A stretch of 64,000 nt of DNA from a phage, in sequence record NC_042307.1. One strand, written 5' to 3'. Positions within the stretch are counted from its first letter, which is position 1; each line of letters opens with the position of its first letter. Of the stretch, positions 19,332 through 28,100 are shown one piece after another. The notes below the pieces were generated by a model. That model did no database searches, was not told the origin of the DNA, and was given only the letters and a program-made list of their open reading frames with translations. Made by a program: the position numbers and the translations under genes.

Positions 19332-19821
19332 TAAACTCTTCGATGACTGCTAGAGTTCCGTGCAATTCTAATCGTAATCCATTAGCTTTGTATACTGCAG
19401 ATTCTAAGTCTTCATAATCGAATAGACCACCGTAAACTCTAATACCTTCGTTATTATTAGTATAAACTCTCCATTTCTGGAGATGAGTATCCCAAGATAC
19501 TCCTAAGTATCCCGAATTGCTAGTAGCAGTCCTATTTCTATTATTTTCCTGCCTAGAACTATCTCTGAGATTACTCCACCTATTATCATCCCTAATTCTA
19601 TTGATATGATCAACAAATTCAGGAATATACCCTTCCATAAACAAGAAGGCTAATCTATGCGCTAGTTCCCTGTGTCCATCTCCAACTCTAATCTGAATAT
19701 ACCCATAGTTATTAGGCTTATTATTTATAGGTTTTATTCTACCACTTTTTAGACGTCTAGAAAATAATCCTGTTTCTGGATCATATATCAGCAGTTCTTT
19801 TAACCTTTCTTGTGTAATCAT
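19312..19821 (-). CDS. HNH homing endonuclease
   Basis: 'EFVDHINRIRDDNRWSNLRDSSRQEN'. Confidence 0.7.
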   Translation of the reverse strand: MITQERLKELLIYDPETGLFSRRLKSGRIKPINNKPNNYGYIQIRVGDGHRELAHRLAFLFMEGYIPEFVDHINRIRDDNRWSNLRDSSRQENNRNRTATSNSGYLGVSWDTHLQKWRVYTNNNEGIRVYGGLFDYEDLESAVYKANGLRLELHGTLAVIEEFNGFPKE

Positions 19822-20114
19822 TCTTCCATCTCAATATCACAGTCGTAACGGCAAGTGAAGGAATCTGAATTGTTCGAACGCTGGGTAGTAATATTACCAT
19901 TACGGTGAATAGTTACTGCCGGTGTAGAGAAATTTTTGTTAGTGTATACCTCTACTTTGCCATTACGTTCCTTAACATCACGCACTTTACCATACTCAGT
20001 GATAATGCCGTTCTGTTGTATCCTAACACTACCATTTTTCATAAAAACTTTGGTAGATGCCAGAGAACCGAAACTAACTGCGGAGATCATCAGTGCAATA
20101 ATAAACTTATTCAT
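19818..20114 (-). CDS. secreted protein with signal peptide
   Basis: ATG 20114 with GGAGG RBS; 'MNKFIIALMISAVSFGSLAS'. Confidence 0.45.
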   Translation of the reverse strand: MNKFIIALMISAVSFGSLASTKVFMKNGSVRIQQNGIITEYGKVRDVKERNGKVEVYTNKNFSTPAVTIHRNGNITTQRSNNSDSFTCRYDCDIEMEE

Positions 20115-20388
20115 CTTCATCCTCCCCACTACAATCACGACATACATCATAATCGTTGAAAGAACGTTCGTGAGCTTCACGCCACCAAGAACAAGAATCG
20201 CAGAGAAACATTTCGGTTTTCTCTAGTGCTTGACCTAAAAGATCATCAGCTTCCTTAACAGTAATCTTCAATCCGCACACATCTGCCACACGTTCTTTAA
20301 TTAAGCGACCTGCTTCGTGGTAAGACATACAGGTTCCCGCAACATCATGTTCAAGAACATGAATAGCACAGTCTAGACGAGTTTTCAT
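20107..20388 (-). CDS. Cys-rich small protein (possible zinc binding)
   Basis: 'CDSCSWW...CRDCSG'. Confidence 0.4.
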   Translation of the reverse strand: MKTRLDCAIHVLEHDVAGTCMSYHEAGRLIKERVADVCGLKITVKEADDLLGQALEKTEMFLCDSCSWWREAHERSFNDYDVCRDCSGEDEDE

Positions 20389-20418
20389 TTCAAACCTCTC
20401 TCATCAATTTATAAATAT

Positions 20419-20447
20419 ATTATAACAAGAAAAGAGAGGTTTAGCAA
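20419..20447 (-). promoter_or_regulatory. Sigma70-like early promoter (-35 TTGCTA, -10 TATAAT)
   Basis: Plus 'attata' 20419-20424, 'tagcaa' 20442-20447, 17-bp spacer. Confidence 0.5.
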
Positions 20448-20464
20448 ATGAATTATTTCAGAAG

Positions 20465-20812
20465 TTAGTCATAGCACCACCATAACCCACGCTTACGCAT
20501 GTCATGATCGCGATTATAATCATAATTTTCTGGATCTTTCATCACGCGGTGGAGTTCTTGACGATTCCCTTGACGAACCATTTTATTAGAATGCCACTTA
20601 ACATTCTTACTAATAGAATTCCAGTTATAACCATCCTTTTTCTCATTACGAATGGTTGCTTCCTTCATTTCTTTTTTGATGTCGTCCCAAGATTTGGCAT
20701 AAGTAACACGAATGTAGTAGCCACTTGCTTTGAGGAAAGTATATCCCTGGGTGTAATTAGCTTTAGACTTCCACCACTGATCACCAGTTTGTCTACGATA
20801 AGTACGGCTCAT
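20465..20812 (-). CDS. hypothetical protein (115 aa)
   Basis: ORF. Confidence 0.4.
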   Translation of the reverse strand: MSRTYRRQTGDQWWKSKANYTQGYTFLKASGYYIRVTYAKSWDDIKKEMKEATIRNEKKDGYNWNSISKNVKWHSNKMVRQGNRQELHRVMKDPENYDYNRDHDMRKRGLWWCYD

Positions 20813-20885
20813 ATTACCTCCATTAAGTCTTTTGAATTAACCTAATGTGGATGAATTTTATTATACATAAATTATCTACCTGTAT

Positions 20886-20922
20886 ACAGAAAAACCCCAG
20901 ACTACTTATTCAATAGCTGGGG
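20886..20922 (-). terminator. Rho-independent terminator
   Basis: Stem CCCCAG/CTGGGG, 'tttttctgt' in minus sense. Confidence 0.55.
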
Positions 20923-20933
20923 TTTGTTGTTAA

Positions 20934-21248
20934 TCACAGATCGGGGAGTTCATATTCGAAACAGCCTGAGCTAGTTCCTTCTCCGAATCCTACGAAGCCA
21001 TCAAATTCATCATTTGAAATATCCGTAATCATTGCTTCCATTTTCCTAATCTCCGAGATTTTCATGCCTGCTTTACTATTCTTATAATACTTGCGAGGAT
21101 TCCCGCACATCCAACAAGAACAGATACAAGGAGTAGTAGTGATAATACCTAACCGTTTAGGGCTTTCTTCATGTGGGAAGACTGTCCAATACTTCTTGCG
21201 GTTGTTCTTTACACGTTGCCGGTGATGACGTCTTAATGCTCGATCCAC
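20934..21248 (-). CDS. hypothetical protein (104 aa)
   Basis: ORF. Confidence 0.4.
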   Translation of the reverse strand: MDRALRRHHRQRVKNNRKKYWTVFPHEESPKRLGIITTTPCICSCWMCGNPRKYYKNSKAGMKISEIRKMEAMITDISNDEFDGFVGFGEGTSSGCFEYELPDL

Positions 21249-21329
21249 ACATTTCTCCTAAAACTTGGGAGATAAATGGAGTTTGCTCGACTACCTTACG
21301 TAGTTCGTAGAAACCGTATCCAAGCCCCA

Positions 21330-21698
21330 TTACATCGCCTGAGTAAATGTACGACTAATAACGTCGTTCTGCTGTTCACGCGTCAGTGAGTTAAAACGTA
21401 CAGCATACCCTGAAACACGGATAGTTAATTGAGGGTATTTTTCAGGATGTTTCTGTGCATCCAAAAGCTGATCACGACTTAACACATTGACATTTAGGTG
21501 CTGACCTCCCTCGATTTGAGGAACTACTTCCACCTTGACTTCACGGAAGGATTCGGGGTCAAAATGTGGTGTGATACCTTCTAGATCCTCAACCAGAACT
21601 TTTTGTTTAAGTTCACCATCTTTAGAGTACAGTTGAATAATCTGATTATCATGAACAAGATTAATTACGCCAGACTTAAGATTTTGATATGCTTTCAT
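21330..21698 (-). CDS. GrcA/YfiD-like autonomous glycyl-radical cofactor protein
   Basis: C-terminal '[11 protein letters not shown]...[23 protein letters not shown]'; ATG 21698 with GGAGAG RBS. Confidence 0.65.
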   Translation of the reverse strand: MKAYQNLKSGVINLVHDNQIIQLYSKDGELKQKVLVEDLEGITPHFDPESFREVKVEVVPQIEGGQHLNVNVLSRDQLLDAQKHPEKYPQLTIRVSGYAVRFNSLTREQQNDVISRTFTQAM

Positions 21699-21883
21699 TA
21701 GCTCTCCTGTTTGGTAGTTAGTAGTGGATTTGAACCACTGTAGTCGCTCCGTATGAAGGAGGTGCATAACCACTCTGCCAACTAACTATTATGTTTTACT
21801 AGACTAAGTAAGTATTCTTTGTACTCTTTAGACCAATTAGCTTTTTTAAACTTTCCTGGACGCATAGTCTTAATTCCTAAATT

Positions 21884-21960
21884 TGGTACTCCGGGAGGGA
21901 TTTAAACCCCCGATCTCTCGGTTATCAGCCGAGTGCTTTAGATCGCTAAGCTACCGAAGT
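21884..21960 (-). tRNA. tRNA-Ile (anticodon GAU)
   Basis: Hand-folded cloverleaf; CCA encoded. Confidence 0.6.
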
Positions 21961-21975
21961 ATTAAAATATTTACA

Positions 21976-22266
21976 TCACACACTTTCTAAGTAAGAAGTA
22001 TAATGGAATTTAGTTTCTCCAGTCTTATCTACTTCTACCTCAGTTCGTGGTACTTGACGAACTACACCATGAATCATCTTATAGCGAATGCCTTTAGCTG
22101 GTTCATGATCTTTTGGAAATACTTGTTTAACCGTTACTACTTTATATCCTTCACGCGGTGTTAACACTACTACTTGATCACCCTCTTTGATTTTCCAGGA
22201 GGGTGGAAATTCATAGGTATATCTTTGACCACCAGTTTGGAATACTACAGAAAGATAACGTTTCAT
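21976..22266 (-). CDS. hypothetical protein (96 aa)
   Basis: ORF with upstream promoter-like sequence. Confidence 0.4.
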   Translation of the reverse strand: MKRYLSVVFQTGGQRYTYEFPPSWKIKEGDQVVVLTPREGYKVVTVKQVFPKDHEPAKGIRYKMIHGVVRQVPRTEVEVDKTGETKFHYTSYLESV

Positions 22267-22340
22267 TTGGTTTCCCTCTCATTAATTTATATAATTATTA
22301 TAACAAGAAATAAGAGAGAATGCAAATGAATTTTTAAATT

Positions 22341-22415
22341 TGGTGCTCCCACCAGGAATCGAACCCGGTTCAGATGCTTACAAGGCAACTGCATCGCCAG
22401 CAATGCTTTAGGAGC
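22341..22415 (-). tRNA. tRNA-Thr (anticodon UGU), one mismatch in anticodon stem
   Basis: Hand-folded; CCA encoded. Confidence 0.5.
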
Positions 22416-22435
22416 GATGATCCCGTTATTTCAAC

Positions 22436-22600
22436 GGGATTTCTTTTTCAATAACAGGAGACTTATCAGTCATAACTGTCATAGCCAACTGCTGAAGAAA
22501 CTCGAAAGTTAGCTTTAAACGTTCTTCACCTAATTCAATCTCAACGTATTTCTTTTGCTTGTCAACCTTTAATTTTAGGTTATCAGCCATCTTCTGATTC
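22436..22600 (-). CDS. small hypothetical protein (54 aa, below track cutoff)
   Basis: ATG 22600 to TAA 22436; 'MADNLKLKVDKQKKYVEIEL...'. Confidence 0.3.
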
Positions 22601-22804
22601 TCGTTGCTCGGCTACTGCTAGCCAGTCTGGTAAAAGAAACTTAGTACGAAACTCTTCATAAGATTCTTCTGGATAAAAGCTAAAACCTCCTTTCTCATCA
22701 TTCAAGATAACAGAGCCGTCAGTTTGTTCATACGCTCGATATGTTTCTCCAATAATGATAACTCGCTTATCAGTACTTTTATTACGAAACTCAAAAACGT
22801 GCAT
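22583..22804 (-). CDS. hypothetical protein (73 aa)
   Basis: ORF. Confidence 0.35.
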   Translation of the reverse strand: MHVFEFRNKSTDKRVIIIGETYRAYEQTDGSVILNDEKGGFSFYPEESYEEFRTKFLLPDWLAVAEQRESEDG

Positions 22805-22818
22805 TGTGTTTCCTTATT

Positions 22819-22893
22819 TGGTGCGGGATACGAGAGTCGAACTCGTGTTTACTGGTTGGAAGCCAGTTATTCTAGCCACTGAACTAATCACGC
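22819..22893 (-). tRNA. tRNA-Gly (anticodon UCC)
   Basis: Hand-folded; CCA encoded. Confidence 0.6.
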
Positions 22894-22900
22894 ATTAATT

Positions 22901-22984
22901 TGGCTGGAGAAGGAGGATTCGAACCTACGTACCTTCCGGTTATGAGCCGGGTGCTCATACCATATGGGCTTGAGAACCAGAATT
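22901..22984 (-). tRNA. tRNA-like element, anticodon loop 'CUCAUAA' (CAU), acceptor stem noncanonical
   Basis: T-arm and CCA present; 5' acceptor does not pair. Confidence 0.3.
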
Positions 22985-23073
22985 TGGCGGAAGAAGTGGG
23001 AATCGAACCCACAAGGCTATATTTCAAACCGACAGATTAGCAATCTGCTGCAAAACCGTTCTGCTATTTTTCC
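22985..23073 (-). tRNA. tRNA-Ser (anticodon GCU), class II with long variable arm
   Basis: Hand-folded; CCA encoded. Confidence 0.55.
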
Positions 23074-23093
23074 GGATTTATAAATATATTATA

Positions 23094-23612
23094 TTAGAAA
23101 TTTAGCTTCATGGCAAGAAAATTTTTCAAGTTTTCGGTAGACATCTCATCCACATCTATAGGAGAAACAAACCCATTTAATTGTTTAGCAAACTTTTCGC
23201 CAGCAGGATCATTATCCCCAACAGCTACCAATTTAAAAGGTAGTAATTTCAATTGCTTTAATAGCGGTTTTCCTGGAGAAGAACCCAACATTGCTAGAGC
23301 AGGATACCCAGCATTATGTAATGCTACAGCCTTAAATACAGATTCAGCAATTAATACTACTTTTTCATCCCCATTGAGAGTTTCTAGTCCCCATACACAC
23401 TGTGTAGTAGAATAAGTAAAATATCTAGCTTCAAAGGGGCACTTACCATGACCTTTTGGAGCAGAAGGATTATAAGTCTGATAGCCTCTCAACATTCCAG
23501 AGAAGTCATACAATGGGACTGTTAGCCATCCTTCTGGGCTTAACCAGCAGTGATATTTATCTGTATCAAACCCTCTAGATAAGAGATGTTCTGTTAGTTC
23601 ATCAATAGTCAT
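23094..23612 (-). CDS. Toprim-like domain protein
   Basis: 'VVLIAESVFKAVA...VAVGDNDPAGEKFA'; ATG 23612 with GAGAGG RBS. Confidence 0.4.
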   Translation of the reverse strand: MTIDELTEHLLSRGFDTDKYHCWLSPEGWLTVPLYDFSGMLRGYQTYNPSAPKGHGKCPFEARYFTYSTTQCVWGLETLNGDEKVVLIAESVFKAVALHNAGYPALAMLGSSPGKPLLKQLKLLPFKLVAVGDNDPAGEKFAKQLNGFVSPIDVDEMSTENLKNFLAMKLNF

Positions 23613-23831
23613 ACTAGATTCCTCTCTCAAATTTATAAATATATTATGCAGAGAATTTAGCATTCAAGCAATTGAATTTTTTAACTTTTTAGAGGAAAAT
23701 CACAGGATGCTTAAGGGTAGCAGGTAAGTGGGTAGACCCCAAAATTGTTATCCCCACTTGATTTTCAATGTGATATAGTGTAAAGTATTTGTCATAGCTG
23801 AGTGACCAAAGAGACACACTTATCCTCTACC

Positions 23832-23873
23832 TTAAAACAGAAAAGCCCTGCGCTCTCCAGGGAACACAGGGCT
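23832..23873 (-). terminator. Rho-independent terminator
   Basis: Stem AGCCCTG/CAGGGCT, 'tttctgtttt' in minus sense. Confidence 0.55.
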
Positions 23874-23897
23874 TACTTCGAATATTACGTGTGGGAA

Positions 23898-24845
23898 TTA
23901 CTTGTTACGCATATCCATAATCATCTGGCCATCGTAACCAGTGCCAACTACTGTTTGAGGTACACCGCCTTGATATTTCTGAGCACGAATCATTTCAACT
24001 TCTAGTTGTTTCCAGCGAATCATCTCAGGAGTAATAGTACGTTGCAGAGCGGCGTTAGCTTCGGCTTCCTTCTTAGCTGCGTACAGTTTAGCATCTGCAT
24101 CACGTTCGTTTGCAATAGCTTGGTTGTTACGAGCTTCACGATCTGCTTCTGCTTGTTTAACCTTCTGCTGTGCTTCTTGTTCAACACGAGCCAACTCAGC
24201 TTTCGCAGCATTAACTTGTTCCTCACGAACTTTGGTATTCTGTACCTGTTCCATGATTACAGGCGGCAAAGTAATATCCTGAAGGAACACTTGCTTAACT
24301 GTGTAACCATAAGGGCGTGCATACTCTTCAACTTCCTGTTGAATTGCGGTTTGTAATTGAGCCTGGATTTTAGCATCAAACAAATCTTGTGCTTTAGGAA
24401 CAGACTTACCGAACTCACGAATAGTGGACAGTAATTTTTCAGTTACATATTTGTCTAATGCTTGATCCTGGGTACCTGCGTTAATACGGTTAATCGGTGC
24501 CTTAGAACCATCAAACTGCAACATAACAGTCAGGTCAACAGTGGATTTAAACTTATCCTGACTAGGAACCTGAAGTTTATCTAATTTTACAGCAATGTCT
24601 TTTGTACTAAAAGTATCGAAAGATGCAAATGGGTTTACAAGATGAAAACCAGGTAATACAGGATTAGGGTCTACTTTACCCAGAAATGTTTGGGTTTTAA
24701 CCGTACCATCAGAAACAATAGTATATGAATTAAAAGCTAGGATTAAACCTGCTAAACCAACTACAGCACCAATACCCCAACGTTTAATAGTGCGGATTAC
24801 TTTTTGCTCAGAAGTCAGTTCTTTCATATTTTTAGTATTAAACAT
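23898..24845 (-). CDS. SPFH/band-7 (prohibitin/HflC-like) membrane protein
   Basis: N-terminal TM, long Ala/Glu/Gln-rich coiled coil; AAGGA RBS. Confidence 0.55.
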   Translation of the reverse strand: MFNTKNMKELTSEQKVIRTIKRWGIGAVVGLAGLILAFNSYTIVSDGTVKTQTFLGKVDPNPVLPGFHLVNPFASFDTFSTKDIAVKLDKLQVPSQDKFKSTVDLTVMLQFDGSKAPINRINAGTQDQALDKYVTEKLLSTIREFGKSVPKAQDLFDAKIQAQLQTAIQQEVEEYARPYGYTVKQVFLQDITLPPVIMEQVQNTKVREEQVNAAKAELARVEQEAQQKVKQAEADREARNNQAIANERDADAKLYAAKKEAEANAALQRTITPEMIRWKQLEVEMIRAQKYQGGVPQTVVGTGYDGQMIMDMRNK

Positions 24846-24879
24846 ATATTTCCTTTGTTTTAGTTACAGTTAATAAAAT

Positions 24880-24954
24880 TGGCCGAGGTGACAGGATTCG
24901 AACCTGCATAAAGGAATTTAGAAGACTCCTGCCTCTCCCTTAGACTACACCCCG
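24880..24954 (-). tRNA. tRNA-Arg (anticodon UCU)
   Basis: Hand-folded; CCA encoded. Confidence 0.55.
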
Positions 24955-25608
24955 TTTAAGTATTTTTAAGAACTCTCGTAAAAACCCTTAAAAATACAGA
25001 CGATACCGGGAGAGTCATAAGTCTCACTCATTAAGTATTTCAAGACAAAATACAGTAACGTCTATTATTTTCCAGTTTAAGTCAAGGTGACTTAGTGGTT
25101 ATGTCCTGCGGTATACTGAGGACTCGGTTAAGTTAGGGTCATGACTCCCCACCTTTTTGCTGCTACTCAACAGGAGTTATCGCGAATTACCTGTGCTATT
25201 GTGCACCATTAGTGGCATCTCTCATGCCATCATTTCCCACTCTCATATTCACGCGGTCTGTTAGAATCGCACCTCCGATTTTCGATGCGAAGCTGGATGC
25301 CTAGTCTCAAGTTAAACGGGGTACACACTAGGCAGTGATCCCGAGTTCCGAGTTTGGTTGAGGCCGTCAGGTTTCCTCGTGGTTTAGCTGTTTCGATTCT
25401 AACCTAATACTGATCAGGCGGCGTACCTCCTGAACCGTCATAGTATGTACTCCAGCAGCGAATGCTTATCCGGTATAAGCCCCGAGTTATCTGATTCTTT
25501 CCGACCGCAGGATTCGAACCTGCATCTTCCACCAGTTACGGTTTGATATTACCGTTTATACTAGGACGGCAGTGTTATCACATAAGTCAGTTCGACACCC
25601 CACTATTA

Positions 25609-26091
25609 CTAACCAAAGTTAGTAAATTCTTTATGTAAGGATTCTCTTAATATCTTAGAGGCCTCGAAAGCCTCTTCCGCAGTTTTAAACCCTCTTTTAC
25701 TGTAATTTTTTCCTTCATGTCTTACTTGGTATCTCCAGGAAGAGCCTTCCCAACTTACTCCTTTGTACCCAGAAGTATTATTGCATTGTTGGTTTCTATT
25801 CGCATTATTTTGCGATCTAGAGGCGTCCCTTAGATTATTTTTCCTATTATTTCTAGGATTAGTATCCTTATGATCTACTTCTTCAGGCCTATATCCATAG
25901 TACATAATAAATAATAAGACATGCAGTTGATAGGTGTCGCCCTGAAATCCCACATCTGGATGTGATTTCTTATTATTGGCACAACACTCTTTCAAACCTT
26001 TCTTTGTTTTCCTATATAGTATCCCATTATCAGGATCAGCTACAAAATATTTTTCAAGTATTTCTTTAGTAGGGTATTCTTTCCTTTTCAT
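25609..26091 (-). CDS. HNH homing endonuclease (F-Tfl-like, adjacent to tRNA cluster)
   Basis: 'EEVDHKDTNPRNNRKNNLR'. Confidence 0.6.
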   Translation of the reverse strand: MKRKEYPTKEILEKYFVADPDNGILYRKTKKGLKECCANNKKSHPDVGFQGDTYQLHVLLFIMYYGYRPEEVDHKDTNPRNNRKNNLRDASRSQNNANRNQQCNNTSGYKGVSWEGSSWRYQVRHEGKNYSKRGFKTAEEAFEASKILRESLHKEFTNFG

Positions 26092-26097
26092 GAATAT

Positions 26098-26126
26098 ATT
26101 ATACAGAATTTTGAAGCGTTTAGCAA
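26098..26126 (-). promoter_or_regulatory. Sigma70-like early promoter (-35 TTGCTA, -10 TATAAT)
   Basis: Plus 'attata' 26098-26103, 'tagcaa' 26121-26126. Confidence 0.5.
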
Positions 26127-26134
26127 ATTAATTT

Positions 26135-26578
26135 TTAATTAAATTCGCCAGCAACCTGAGCAGCAATGCCACCGTCGTAACGACCAGGAAACTCTTCCTT
26201 AATCGCTTTCATCAGCATACCCTTTGTAATCCCAGGATTCAGCTTAACTAATTCTGCGAAGTATTTGCGAATCTCAGAATCAGATAGCTGAGGAGGCAAA
26301 TACTGCTGTAACCACTTATTTAGAATGTATTCATACTGAGCGGACTGCAAGCTATAACTATCAAGATCTTGACCATGAAGTTTAGCTTTCGTCTGGTTAA
26401 TGCTTTTTAGTTGAGCTTTGAGATAAGACACAAATTGTTCAGAAGTGATGAAATCTTTATCAATACGCTGAAGATCCCCGATTATGGTCTGATAGCTTTT
26501 AGCGACTTCTTTATCAGAACCATTAAACTTAGAATCCTGCAAAGCTCTACGCAAAACATCTAAAATATTCTCTTCCAT
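26135..26578 (-). CDS. hypothetical protein, possibly GatB/YqeY-like
   Basis: Weak recall of YqeY-type helical protein. Confidence 0.3.
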   Translation of the reverse strand: MEENILDVLRRALQDSKFNGSDKEVAKSYQTIIGDLQRIDKDFITSEQFVSYLKAQLKSINQTKAKLHGQDLDSYSLQSAQYEYILNKWLQQYLPPQLSDSEIRKYFAELVKLNPGITKGMLMKAIKEEFPGRYDGGIAAQVAGEFN

Positions 26579-26748
26579 TATTTCATTCCTAACGCTTGGT
26601 TGAAAGATTGTTCTGTCATAACTGCTGAGACTTTGGCGAAATCAAACTTTTTAGGGTTCGTAGTGATTTCAGCAACGTTGGAAGTTTTAACAGTTTTCGT
26701 AGTACGAATACCGCGAGTGTTAACACCAATGACGATCAAGTTTTTCAT
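26578..26748 (-). CDS. small protein (56 aa, below track cutoff), translationally coupled
   Basis: ATG 26748 after GAGGAAG; stop overlaps downstream ATG. Confidence 0.4.
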   Translation of the reverse strand: MKNLIVIGVNTRGIRTTKTVKTSNVAEITTNPKKFDFAKVSAVMTEQSFNQALGMK

Positions 26749-26816
26749 ATTTCGCTTCCTCTCATTAATTTATGAAAGTATTATACAGAAGTTTAAGTAT
26801 TTAAGCAAATAAATTT

Positions 26817-27266
26817 TTAAGTTTTAGTGACAACAGGCTTATAAAATGTATGTCCCTTAATCTTAGTTGTTTTCTTAAACTTCTTTGTCCAGTACGGTTT
26901 ATCTTTACCACTATGGAAGTATAAGGCTCCATGTGTAGGATCTTGTGGTAAATCAACGTAGTATATCACTCTAGCTAAATTCTTGGCGGTTTTCCAAGCC
27001 TCATCGGTTTTATCAACTTTTGGTCTCTTAGATACCCAAGAGAACTGGTTAGACTGATATACTACTTTACAGTAGGAATCTGGGAATTTACCGGAGTTTA
27101 CACGGTTTTTAGTAACATGTGCAATCGCCGTCATTCCCTTTATGCCCTCACCACGACTTTCGAAATAGAAAATTTTAGCAATGCAATCTATTTTTTTTGC
27201 ATCGTGCGATGCCTGACTACTAAAGCTGAAGGTAAGGGCAGCTACTAAAAGCAAAGCTGCCTTCAT
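26817..27266 (-). CDS. secreted cell-wall hydrolase (SleB/CwlJ-like)
   Basis: Signal peptide; 'IFYFESRGEG...AIAHVTKNRV'. Confidence 0.55.
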   Translation of the reverse strand: MKAALLLVAALTFSFSSQASHDAKKIDCIAKIFYFESRGEGIKGMTAIAHVTKNRVNSGKFPDSYCKVVYQSNQFSWVSKRPKVDKTDEAWKTAKNLARVIYYVDLPQDPTHGALYFHSGKDKPYWTKKFKKTTKIKGHTFYKPVVTKT

Positions 27267-27278
27267 TCTTTTTACTCC

Positions 27279-28100
27279 TTAAAATAGATCATATTCTAAT
27301 CTATTGGGATTTTCTCGGTATCCATAAGACGTAAGAGTACCCCTCATATACTCTGCGTCAACAGGATTAGATGTTACTAGAACCACTTTTAGTGGTCTTT
27401 GACCTAAAAATAGTATATGATCTAATAAGTCTTTTCCTTGTACCTCTGGATCTCCTAAATCTGAGTCCATAAATAAATAGGATCCTGTGAAACTAAATAT
27501 ATCTGATAGCTCCAGCGCACCTATAACTGTACGACAAATAATGGACATTTCAGGTAGATCTCTAACATCGTCTATTAGAATATTGGTCTGCTTCCCAATT
27601 TCTGCATTACATAAACCATTTACTAGTTTTTCTCTTTCCCCTTTAGCTTGTTCGAAAGTGGTGAAGCCAGGAGATACGAAAAACTTTCCACCTAATGTAA
27701 TGCTATACACAAAACCCTCGGGGAGGAGTTCTACACCTACGGTTTTATTAGTATTAATCCTATTTAACTTAAAATTTGTCTCTCTTAGATTAATAATTCT
27801 GTTATCCCACGGTATAGTATTTATATGGTCGATCATATAAGGCGGCTCTTCACCATAATGGAGCAACCACGCTATTCGGTGTCCATAAATAATTGTGGGT
27901 TTATTATCTAAGAGCAAACTAACTCTGATGTACCCATCAGAGTTCTTACTACATATTTCTCTCCCAGCATATAGGGTGTGCCAAGTTTTATTCTTGTATT
28001 TATTAGGCCTATAAAATAATTTACCGGTATAAGGATTATACTCTATAATTTCTCGAATATAATCTATATATGGTAGTATTTGTTTTTGTAATTTACCCAT
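27279..28100 (-). CDS. HNH-like N-terminal domain fused to unknown C-terminal domain
   Basis: 'GHRIAWLLHYGEEPPYMIDHINTIPWDNRIINLRE' then about 120 aa with 'ILIDDVRD...LFMDSDLG...VVLVTSNP'. Confidence 0.5.
   Translation of the reverse strand: MGKLQKQILPYIDYIREIIEYNPYTGKLFYRPNKYKNKTWHTLYAGREICSKNSDGYIRVSLLLDNKPTIIYGHRIAWLLHYGEEPPYMIDHINTIPWDNRIINLRETNFKLNRINTNKTVGVELLPEGFVYSITLGGKFFVSPGFTTFEQAKGEREKLVNGLCNAEIGKQTNILIDDVRDLPEMSIICRTVIGALELSDIFSFTGSYLFMDSDLGDPEVQGKDLLDHILFLGQRPLKVVLVTSNPVDAEYMRGTLTSYGYRENPNRLEYDLF

Noticed and set aside
25495-25575. tRNA gene call
   Set aside because: Has a T-arm but lacks an encoded CCA, a canonical anticodon arm and a pairing acceptor stem; kept only as a candidate ncRNA in findings
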